From NCBI GenBank assembly GCA_034520175.1, contig JAXHNU010000028.1, forward strand, positions 74,252 through 138,251: 64,000 nt of DNA, given 5' to 3'. This document shows positions 47,344 through 54,530 of the stretch, piece after piece. The notes under the pieces are model-generated. The model made no database searches. It saw only the letters and a program-made list of their open reading frames with translations, and was not told the origin of the DNA. Origin of the DNA: Saprospiraceae bacterium. GTDB lineage: Bacteria > Bacteroidota > Bacteroidia > Chitinophagales > Saprospiraceae. Numbering within the stretch: position 1 is the first letter of the stretch; each line of letters begins with the position of its first letter. A program made the translations under genes and the position numbers.

Positions 47344-47528
47344 TTTGAAACCATACATAAATTCAAAATACGCATTAAAAGGCACTTTTGCGCTCGCTTC
47401 GCTCGCGCAAAAGGAAGAGAGGTTGTTCATTTTTCGGGCAAAGCCCGAAAAATGAACCACATTCCCCCTCTCGCGCGAGCGAAGCGAGCGCGAGAACCAG
47501 CAGTTTAGATTTTATGTATGGTTTCAAA
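47344..47528 (+). mobile_element. nested-palindrome MITE, type A, full length (185 bp)
   Basis: Termini and core intact. Perfect 8-bp duplication AAAATAAT at 47336-47343 and 47529-47536. Confidence 0.88.
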
Positions 47529-47572
47529 AAAATAATCGTATCTGACTTATCAGAATCATATTTTTTGAGAAA

Positions 47573-47965
47573 ATGCACAAACAAGACCATATTGATTATT
47601 GGCGAAAAACTGCCGATTCAGATTGGATAGCATCTGAACATCTTTTTGAGAAAAAAGATTATTTACAAAGTTTATTCTTTGCACATTTAGTGCTTGAAAA
47701 ATTGCTAAAAGCGCATTGGGTAAAGGATAATACAGGGGATTATCCACCGCGTATTCATAGACTAATATCTTTAAAAGATAGAATTGATTTGACTTTATCA
47801 GAAGACGAAATTAACATTTTAGACGATATGGAAATTTTTCAAATGGAAGGTCGTTACCCAGATTATCACTTTAGAATTGCTCAACTATGCACGCTACAAT
47901 TCACGCAAATACTGCTGGAACGAGTCAAGGAACTCAAAAACAGCTTAATCAGCAATCTGCTATAG
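47573..47965 (+). CDS. HEPN domain protein (toxin-like partner of a HEPN/MNT pair)
   Basis: 130 aa. RX4H motif in EGRYPDYHF. Confidence 0.72.
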   Translation: MHKQDHIDYWRKTADSDWIASEHLFEKKDYLQSLFFAHLVLEKLLKAHWVKDNTGDYPPRIHRLISLKDRIDLTLSEDEINILDDMEIFQMEGRYPDYHFRIAQLCTLQFTQILLERVKELKNSLISNLL

Positions 47966-48264
47966 CACTTGCAAAACGCTTCATTGCGGAGGTTCAAGCG
48001 AAGGGTTTACACGTTCGTCATGCCATCTTGTTTGGTTCGTATGCCAGAAATGAACAAACTGAATGGTCTGATATTGACCTTGCTTTGTCCGTTGATGAAT
48101 TTGAAGGTATCCGTTTTTTCGACAATCGCCTTATTCAAAATATTAAAACAAAGAGAATATATTGCGATATTGAAACGCATACTTATAGCATCGCTGATTT
48201 TGAAGGTAAAGATAATGGCTTTGTTGAACAAGAAATTAAAGCGAAAGGGATTATAATTTTATAA
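47887..48264 (+). CDS. nucleotidyltransferase (MNT) domain protein
   Basis: Motif GSYARNEQTEWSDIDLAL (GSxxR...DxD). The only in-frame canonical start is the ATG at 47887, which gives a 79-nt overlap with the HEPN gene, so the start is uncertain. Confidence 0.65.
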   Translation: MHATIHANTAGTSQGTQKQLNQQSAIALAKRFIAEVQAKGLHVRHAILFGSYARNEQTEWSDIDLALSVDEFEGIRFFDNRLIQNIKTKRIYCDIETHTYSIADFEGKDNGFVEQEIKAKGIIIL

Positions 48265-48948
48265 CGGATATACGACTATTTGATGCCTAAATGCCCATCG
48301 CCAACGCACCTCAAAACGGCTCACTCCAGACTGTCCCAAAAGCTCTAACCATTCCTTTTTTTTGAACCCCCTCAGTACCGAAAGTGGGGCGTCGTTTTTG
48401 ACCAAATACGATTTTGAAAACAACTGCGTTAAAAATTTTATGGCGTAATAAGCAATCGAATTTCTTTCCAAATCATTGACAATCAACGTTATTTTTTGTT
48501 TTTGAGCGTACTGAATCAAGTCCAAAATTTGTTCTTCCGTGAGGTGATGACAGAATAAACAAGCATGTAGAATGTCTATCTTTTCTAAGTGCAGATGCAC
48601 ATTTCGATAGTCATCGGTGATGAATTTTATGGACTGATTGGGTTTGTTTGTTTCGGCATAAACCGTGCAATCGCGCTTCAAGTCCACGCCGATTAAGTCC
48701 AAATCGAAGCCCTGTTTTTTGTTCCAATGGGCGATGTATTTCAACGTATCGCCGCCGCCACAACCGATGTCCACCAAGACCGTTTTCCTGTTTCGGGGCA
48801 ACACGCGTTTCAAGACATTGAGCGAAATAGCGTAGCCACCAAGCCATGTGTTGATGAAGTCCAATTCTTTCAAATTTTGGTACAAATCAAGCGGTGGAAT
48901 GTCGTTGTTGTCCAACAATTCTTTGGTATAATGGCGATTTTTAAACAT
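48259..48948 (-). CDS. class I SAM-dependent methyltransferase
   Basis: 229 aa. Motif I VLVDIGCGGGD. Confidence 0.85.
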   Translation of the reverse strand: MFKNRHYTKELLDNNDIPPLDLYQNLKELDFINTWLGGYAISLNVLKRVLPRNRKTVLVDIGCGGGDTLKYIAHWNKKQGFDLDLIGVDLKRDCTVYAETNKPNQSIKFITDDYRNVHLHLEKIDILHACLFCHHLTEEQILDLIQYAQKQKITLIVNDLERNSIAYYAIKFLTQLFSKSYLVKNDAPLSVLRGFKKKEWLELLGQSGVSRFEVRWRWAFRHQIVVYPL

Positions 48949-50092
48949 AAGTCAATACGGCAGTTTCGATGTTTAGACCCGGTCCAAAGGCGGCAGTTAT
49001 AATGTCTTCCCCCCTCAGTATGTCGGTGTTTTCCAATAAGTTTTTCAGAACAAAAAGGATTGTAGGTGATGACATATTGCCGAAGTTTCGGAGCGTTTCG
49101 TAAGACGCTTTCAATGCTAATGGGTTGATATTGATTGTTTTACAAAAATCGTCCAATATCTTTTTGCCACCTGGGTGTACCGCCCAATGCGTCGTTTTTT
49201 CGGCGTTGAGTTCCATACCTTCCAACAAAATCGGCATGTATTTATTGATGAGTGGCGAGACATAACTCGTCAAATTCATCTTAAAACCTTCTTCCGAAAG
49301 TTGCCACGCCATTTCGTCGCGCCCTTCGTGAATGACCAAAGACTTGAAGGATTTTATGGCTACGGATTTGAAAGATTTTGAAACTTTTGAACTTGGAGAA
49401 ACTTTCAAACTTTCCCCAATTTGTTCAAACGCTTGTTCAGAAGCGGGTTTTGAACCAACTAAAACTGCCGCCGCACCGTCCGCAAAGATTTGATTTGAAA
49501 TCAAATAATCGTCGTCAAACGCACCTTGAAAATGAAGCGTACACAACTCAACGCAGACGATTAAAACCAAGGAATTGTCTTCGCTTCGACAAATTTGATG
49601 CGCTTGTTTCAACGCCAACATTGCCGCATTACAACCCATGAAATTAATGCTACTGCGTTGCGTAGTTGGTTTTAAATCAAGGACTTGCATTAATTCAATA
49701 TCCAACCCTGGTGCAAAAAGCCCCGTGCAAGTGACGGTGACGATGTGCGTAATCTCGTTTTTTAGCGTCTCAAAACTTTTGATTTTGCGAACGCTTTTTT
49801 CTGCCAAATATAGGGCTTCTTTTTTGTAAATCTGCATCCGTTGCGTCAAAGAAGGGGCGGGAGTGAGCAAAGGATTTTGTGGAAAAAACGAAAAATACTG
49901 AGGGGGTAGCGAAAAATCTTTGATGACGGAATAGCGCGTGTCAATGCCGCTTTTGTGGGCAACTGCACGGATTTTGCGTTTTGTGCGCTCCGCCTCGCCT
50001 GCGGCATTGCAGTAAAATTCGGTGAAATTTTCTCTTGTGTGACAAAATTCAGGATTAGCCGTTTCGATGCACCAGATATGACTCATTGCCAC
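48941..50092 (-). CDS. type III polyketide synthase (chalcone/stilbene synthase family)
   Basis: 383 aa. The Cys-His-Asn triad contexts are VTCTGLFAPG, WAVHPGGKKIL and FGNMSSPTILF. Confidence 0.9.
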   Translation of the reverse strand: MAMSHIWCIETANPEFCHTRENFTEFYCNAAGEAERTKRKIRAVAHKSGIDTRYSVIKDFSLPPQYFSFFPQNPLLTPAPSLTQRMQIYKKEALYLAEKSVRKIKSFETLKNEITHIVTVTCTGLFAPGLDIELMQVLDLKPTTQRSSINFMGCNAAMLALKQAHQICRSEDNSLVLIVCVELCTLHFQGAFDDDYLISNQIFADGAAAVLVGSKPASEQAFEQIGESLKVSPSSKVSKSFKSVAIKSFKSLVIHEGRDEMAWQLSEEGFKMNLTSYVSPLINKYMPILLEGMELNAEKTTHWAVHPGGKKILDDFCKTININPLALKASYETLRNFGNMSSPTILFVLKNLLENTDILRGEDIITAAFGPGLNIETAVLTYV

Positions 50093-50105
50093 ATTAATAT
50101 TTTAA

Positions 50106-50237
50106 GTAGTTACTTAGCCTATTGCTCGCTTCGCTCGCAAAAGAGGGGAATGTGGTTCATTTTTCGGGCAAAGCCCGAAAAATGAAACACCTCTCCGCTT
50201 CTCCGCGAGCGAAGCGAGCGCGTGACTAAATATTTAC
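50106..50237. repeat. nested-palindrome element, type B
   Basis: GTAGTTACTTAGCCTATTGCTCGCTTCGCTCGC ... central hairpin ... GCGAGCGAAGCGAGCGCGTGACTAAATATTTAC. Confidence 0.8.
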
Positions 50238-50254
50238 TATTTTAAAAAAAGAAT

Positions 50255-50439
50255 TTTGAAACCATACATAAAACCTAAACTGCTGCTTCTCGCGCTCGCT
50301 TCGCTCGCGCGAGAAGGGGGAATGTGGTTCATTTTTCGGGCAAAGCCCGAAAAATGAAACACCTCTCCCCCTTTGCGCGAGCGAAGCGAGCGCAAAGGGG
50401 TACTTTTATGCGTTTTAGAATTTTATGTATGGTTTTAAA
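50255..50439 (-). mobile_element. nested-palindrome MITE, type A, full length (185 bp)
   Basis: Termini TTTGAAACCATACATAAA / TTTATGTATGGTTTTAAA. Perfect 8-bp duplication AAAAGAAT at 50247-50254 and 50440-50447. It is inserted in the last codons of the UbiA gene. Confidence 0.88.
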
Positions 50440-51287
50440 AAAAGAATTAAAAAACACAAACTCATACACACCGACGCTATCAAATTCATCAGCATGGTGT
50501 TTCTAAAATTGGCATTTTGCGTGTTTTTAAAAACCTGCAAAAACCACCAAATAAAGAACAAAGTTGGCGGTAAAAAACAGGCTTGCAAAATAAAGAATGA
50601 GGACAGTTGCCCCGTTGCATTAAAATACAAAAAATAGGACAACATGCACAATCCGAACATCAGAGCCGAAAAAAAAAACGTACCTCTGTAACCCAATTTA
50701 TAGCTAATTGTTGTAACGCCGTCCCGAAGGTCTTCTTGGTGTTGATAGATTTGGGTCAAAGGATAAACCCCCGCAATCTGAAAAGAGGCAGCGAGTAGAA
50801 CACACATATATGTTGTATTCCATTGAAAATCATCGTTATTGACCGCTACACTTGTCATAAAATAAGTAAAAGCACCTTGAAAAATGGCGACAACTAAAAA
50901 GCCTCCGTAAGCGTATTTTTTCAAACGAATTTGTCGCGCACTGTAAGCCCGCGACATTGTGACGCACACACATAGGCACAATGCGAACAACGGTTTCACA
51001 AAAACGAAAGCTAAAATGATGGCGAGCATGTCCATAAAAAGCGTTGCATAAAACAATTGCTCAGTCGGCATCGGCGGTTTTTCTAAGCCGCCAATGGGTG
51101 TTTCGTCGCGGTCAACGTAACTATTGTAACCATTACTGGCGGGGTAAATCAGCAAATGAATGATAAAAAAAGCCCACCATGCCTTCACCGTATTCAGCGA
51201 TTCGGCTTGACTGAGTGCCAACAAAAATACGGGCATAAGGAAAAAAGAAAACGGAATTCTAAGAAGTTTTATCGTGTCACGCCACAT
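50415..51287 (-). CDS. UbiA family prenyltransferase
   Basis: 290-aa polytopic protein with an Asp-rich NGYNSYVDRDETP motif. The last codons (..KPYIKF*) lie inside the element at 50255-50439. Confidence 0.78.
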   Translation of the reverse strand: MWRDTIKLLRIPFSFFLMPVFLLALSQAESLNTVKAWWAFFIIHLLIYPASNGYNSYVDRDETPIGGLEKPPMPTEQLFYATLFMDMLAIILAFVFVKPLFALCLCVCVTMSRAYSARQIRLKKYAYGGFLVVAIFQGAFTYFMTSVAVNNDDFQWNTTYMCVLLAASFQIAGVYPLTQIYQHQEDLRDGVTTISYKLGYRGTFFFSALMFGLCMLSYFLYFNATGQLSSFFILQACFLPPTLFFIWWFLQVFKNTQNANFRNTMLMNLIASVCMSLCFLILFLKPYIKF

Positions 51288-51303
51288 AGGTGATTGTTTG
51301 ATT

Positions 51304-51463
51304 GTAATTACTTAGCCCATAGATCTCCCTAAGGCTTTCGGGATGTAAACAGATTTCGCGCGCAAAAAAAAGGAATGTGGTTCGTTTTTCGGGCAAAGCC
51401 CGAAAAACGAACCACATTCCCTTTTTTTGCGCGAGCGAAGCGAGCGCGTGACTAAGTAATTAC
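51304..51463. repeat. type C element
   Basis: GTAATTACTTAGCCCATAGATCTCCCTAAGGCTTTCGGGATGTAAACAGATTTCGC ... GGTTCGTTTTTCGGGCAAAGCCCGAAAAACGAACC ... GCGCGTGACTAAGTAATTAC. Confidence 0.8.
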
Positions 51464-51734
51464 GTTTAATTTATGATTTTTACCGATGCAAAATAGCAGT
51501 TTAGTCATTACAAAAGTATCACAATGTATCTTGAAAATACTAAAATGCGCCAAGATTCAGAAATTTATTTTGACACCCTACATAAAATTCCTTTCTGTAA
51601 ATGATTTGTGCATTTACCACATGTTGACACGCTGTGTCAAGGGGAACACTTGGTTTTAGTACTTGTTATAAACATTTTGAGCCTAACGGCTCAATAAACG
51701 CACGAACTTGATGAGCCGTTAGGCTCAAAATATT

Positions 51735-51866
51735 GTAATTACTTAGCCCGTAGCTCGCTTCGCTCGCAGGAGAGAGGAGGGGTGGTTCGTTTTTCGGGCT
51801 TTGCCCGAAAAACGAACCACATTTCCCTTTTTTGCGAGCGAAGCGAGCTATGGGCTCAGTAATTAA
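51735..51866. repeat. nested-palindrome element, type B
   Basis: GTAATTACTTAGCCCGTAGCTCGCTTCGCTCGC ... GGTTCGTTTTTCGGGCTTTGCCCGAAAAACGAACC ... GCGAGCTATGGGCTCAGTAATTAA. Confidence 0.8.
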
Positions 51867-51973
51867 TCTAAGTTTTGTGGTATAAAAACGCGGAACCTCG
51901 CTCCGAAAAAAACTCCCCGCGCCGCCGAAGGCGGCGCGTTTTGAGTGACTACCACAAAATTTAGATTAATTAC
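51859..51973. repeat. second palindromic element family, compact copy (115 bp)
   Basis: 24-nt inverted termini GTAATTAATCTAAGTTTTGTGGTA / TACCACAAAATTTAGATTAATTAC (1 mismatch) around the hairpin GCGCCGCCGAAGGCGGCGC. Confidence 0.7.
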
Positions 51974-52116
51974 GTATTTTCGTCGTTTTTTTTAGGTAGT
52001 TGGTAAAATTTTTAAAGGATTAAAGAGCGATAAAGTGCATTTTTGCAAGTGTTTTGAAACATTACGCCGTAAATATTTGACTTGATGCAAGTTGACAATC
52101 CATGCTTTATTGTTTA

Positions 52117-52167
52117 CACCTTTTCTTCCCTCCGCGCGAGCGAAGCGAGCGCGGGCTAAGTCATTAC
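52117..52167. repeat. right half of a type B element
   Basis: ...CTTCCCTCCGCGCGAGCGAAGCGAGCGCGGGCTAAGTCATTAC with no central hairpin or left half. Confidence 0.65.
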
Positions 52168-52182
52168 TTAAAATTAACTATT

Positions 52183-52767
52183 ATGCAAGAAACCGCGCCT
52201 TTTTTAAACCAAGTATTCAATTCTAAAAGTTTTAAAAGAGAAGACTTAGAGACCATTTTCAAGCAATACAAAAGAGTAGAATTTCGTAAAAACGATTATT
52301 TTATCCAACAGGGTAACGTTGCTGGCTACTATTATTTTATGGAAAGCGGTTTTGCGCGGTCTTACGCGATTGATTTGGAGGGCAACGACATTACCACCAA
52401 ATTTTTTAGTCCTATGGATATTGTGATTGACTGGTACTCCTACTTTCTGAAAAAACCTTGTCGAGAAGACATTCAAGCCATTACGCCTTGCGTGGCGTGG
52501 AAAATCCATTTTGAAGATTTTATGAAATTATTTCACATCGAAGCCTTTCGAGAAGTGGGGCGTACCCGCTTGGTCAACAACTTTTTTGAGTTGAAAAATC
52601 ATTCCGTCTCTGTGATTGTTGACCCCGCAAAAGACCGCTATTTGCAACTCGTAAAAGACAAACCTGATTTGTTGCAAAATGTTCCTTTGAAACAAATTGC
52701 CACGTATTTGGGCATCACAGACACCTCTTTAAGCCGTATTAGAAAAGAAATTGCTGAAAAAAAATGA
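52183..52767 (+). CDS. Crp/Fnr family transcriptional regulator
   Basis: cNMP-binding domain plus HTH (LKQIATYLGITDTSLSRIRKE). The ATG at 52183 is preferred, because the upstream part of the track ORF is read out of a half repeat element. Confidence 0.85.
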   Translation: MQETAPFLNQVFNSKSFKREDLETIFKQYKRVEFRKNDYFIQQGNVAGYYYFMESGFARSYAIDLEGNDITTKFFSPMDIVIDWYSYFLKKPCREDIQAITPCVAWKIHFEDFMKLFHIEAFREVGRTRLVNNFFELKNHSVSVIVDPAKDRYLQLVKDKPDLLQNVPLKQIATYLGITDTSLSRIRKEIAEKK

Positions 52768-53465
52768 ATCCAACTTTCACTTCTGCTGTGCCTTTTGGCA
52801 TCTCTCTTTTGTTCTTAATTCTTATCCCAATTCCTGTCTTTTTGATAGCTTTATTGGGCAAAAAAGGTGCGCCGACCCCTCAGTATAATAGCGTATTTTG
52901 GACTATTTTGGGCTTCTACGGCGTGTATTTTACCTACGTAGCCGTGGCTTGTTTCAAAGGCGTATTTGCCGAAGAGAGTCTGCCGCCCAAGATTTTGCAA
53001 GTTTCTACCTTGCCCTTGCTGCTGTTTTTGACTCTTGTGGTTTTCAATTTGCCGATTTGCAAAAAGATTGTGGCGAATATCCAAACGGCTGATTTGGTGC
53101 GGCTGCATGGCTTTCGGCTTATCGGTGGCTTTTTCATTATCTTGGCATTTTACGGCGCAATACCACTAACATTTGCATTGATTGCGGGTTTAGGTGATAT
53201 TTTGACAGCAATTACGAGTGTTTTTGTCGCAAACGCCATTGAAACCAATAAACCTTACGCCCGAAAGTTGACCCTTGTGTGGAACACTTTTGGTTTTTTG
53301 GACATCATTTGCATTGCGGTCATGGCTTTTGTTTTGACAAAAATTGCGATAGAAACGGGCGCACAAGGTGTTGATACTTTGGGGCAATTCCCGTTTTGTT
53401 TCATTCCTGCTTTTGCACCGCCGACCATTCTTTTTTTACACCTTATCATATATCTAAAAATTTGA
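52764..53465 (+). CDS. hypothetical polytopic membrane protein
   Basis: 233 aa, about 6 TM. ATGA coupling to the Crp gene. The TGA stop is supplied by the TTTGAAACC terminus of the element at 53461. Confidence 0.65.
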   Translation: MNPTFTSAVPFGISLLFLILIPIPVFLIALLGKKGAPTPQYNSVFWTILGFYGVYFTYVAVACFKGVFAEESLPPKILQVSTLPLLLFLTLVVFNLPICKKIVANIQTADLVRLHGFRLIGGFFIILAFYGAIPLTFALIAGLGDILTAITSVFVANAIETNKPYARKLTLVWNTFGFLDIICIAVMAFVLTKIAIETGAQGVDTLGQFPFCFIPAFAPPTILFLHLIIYLKI

Positions 53466-53644
53466 AACCATACATAAAATCTAAACTGCTGGGTTTCGCG
53501 CTCGCTTCGCTCGCGCGAAGGGGAATGTGGTTCATTTTTCGGGCAAAGCCCGAAAAATGAACCACCTTCTCCTCCTTTTACGCGAGCGAAGCGAGCGCAA
53601 AAATGCCTTTTAATGCGTATTTTGAATTTATGTATGGTTTCAAA
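53461..53644 (-). mobile_element. nested-palindrome MITE, type A, full length (184 bp)
   Basis: Termini and core intact. The flanks are ATCTAAAAA (53452-53460) and ATCGAAAAA (53645-53653), which match at 8 of 9 positions. Confidence 0.82.
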
Positions 53645-53744
53645 ATCGAAAAATACTGAGGGGGTAATAAATTGTCTTTAAAAAATATTTTTTCCATTTT
53701 TCGCTTTCTTGTCCTATGACAAGAATCACCTTTTGACACCCTCT

Positions 53745-53752
53745 TACCTTTG
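53745..53752 (+). promoter_or_regulatory. candidate -7 box upstream of the DUF1569 gene
   Basis: TACCTTTG, 74 nt before the ATG at 53826. Confidence 0.3.
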
Positions 53753-53825
53753 TGTCATAATCAAGGCAAGAAGACAAGCTGTAACAAACAATCAATATTT
53801 TACTAATTATAAAAAATAAAAAACA

Positions 53826-54284
53826 ATGGCATTACCAAATATTTTCACGGCACCCGTTTCTGATGCAGTTGTAGCACGTATCAACAATGTGTCGAAAGCT
53901 ACTCAGCCACAATGGGGCAAAATGAACGCCACGCAAATGTTGGCACATTTAAATGTCACCTTTGAATTTGCTTTCGAGGAAAAGCACAGCAAGCCCAATT
54001 TTTTCATGGGATTCATTTTGAGAAACCTTGTAAAAGGCAGCTTGGTAAACGAAAAACCTTACAAAAAAAATGCTTCAACCGCACCCGAATTTATCATCAA
54101 AGATGACAGAAATTTTGATGTGGAAAAAAAACGCTTAATCGGGTACATCAACAAAACGGTGCAGTTGGGCGAGAAACATTTTGACGGTCGGGTATCAATG
54201 ATTTTTGGCGAAATGACGTCAACAGAGTGGAATAACTTGTTTTATAAGCATATTGACCACCATTTGACCCAATTTGGGGTGTAA
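53826..54284 (+). CDS. DUF1569 (DinB-like) domain protein
   Basis: 152 aa. ...WGKMNATQMLAHL... and a C-terminal HIDHHLTQFGV. Confidence 0.7.
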   Translation: MALPNIFTAPVSDAVVARINNVSKATQPQWGKMNATQMLAHLNVTFEFAFEEKHSKPNFFMGFILRNLVKGSLVNEKPYKKNASTAPEFIIKDDRNFDVEKKRLIGYINKTVQLGEKHFDGRVSMIFGEMTSTEWNNLFYKHIDHHLTQFGV

Positions 54285-54286
54285 AT

Positions 54287-54497
54287 GGTAGCACGGACTT
54301 TAGTCCGTGATTCATACACGTTCACGCACATTGATGCACGGACTAAAGTCCGTGCTACCTTCACGTTCACGCACATTCATGCACGGACTAAAGTCCGTGC
54401 TACCTTCACGTTCATACATATTCAATGCACGGACTAAAGTCCGTGCTACCTTCACATTCATACATATTCAATGCACGGACTAAAGTCCGTGCTACCT
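54287..54497. repeat. tandem array of a 25-bp hairpin unit (period 45-46 bp)
   Basis: GCACGGACTAAAGTCCGTGCTACCT at 54336, 54381, 54427 and 54473, plus one inverted copy at 54287-54310. The 20-21-bp intervening segments are near-identical to each other. A solitary related copy lies at about 56517-56550. Confidence 0.85.
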
Positions 54498-54530
54498 TTA
54501 TTATCTTAAATATATTAAAATATAAACATT

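Noticed and set aside
54287-54497. Possible small CRISPR array (25-bp palindromic repeats with 20-21-bp spacers).
   Set aside because: The spacers are near-identical variants of one sequence. The first repeat is inverted. The spacers are shorter than typical. No cas genes or leader are nearby. It is a tandem repeat, not a CRISPR array.
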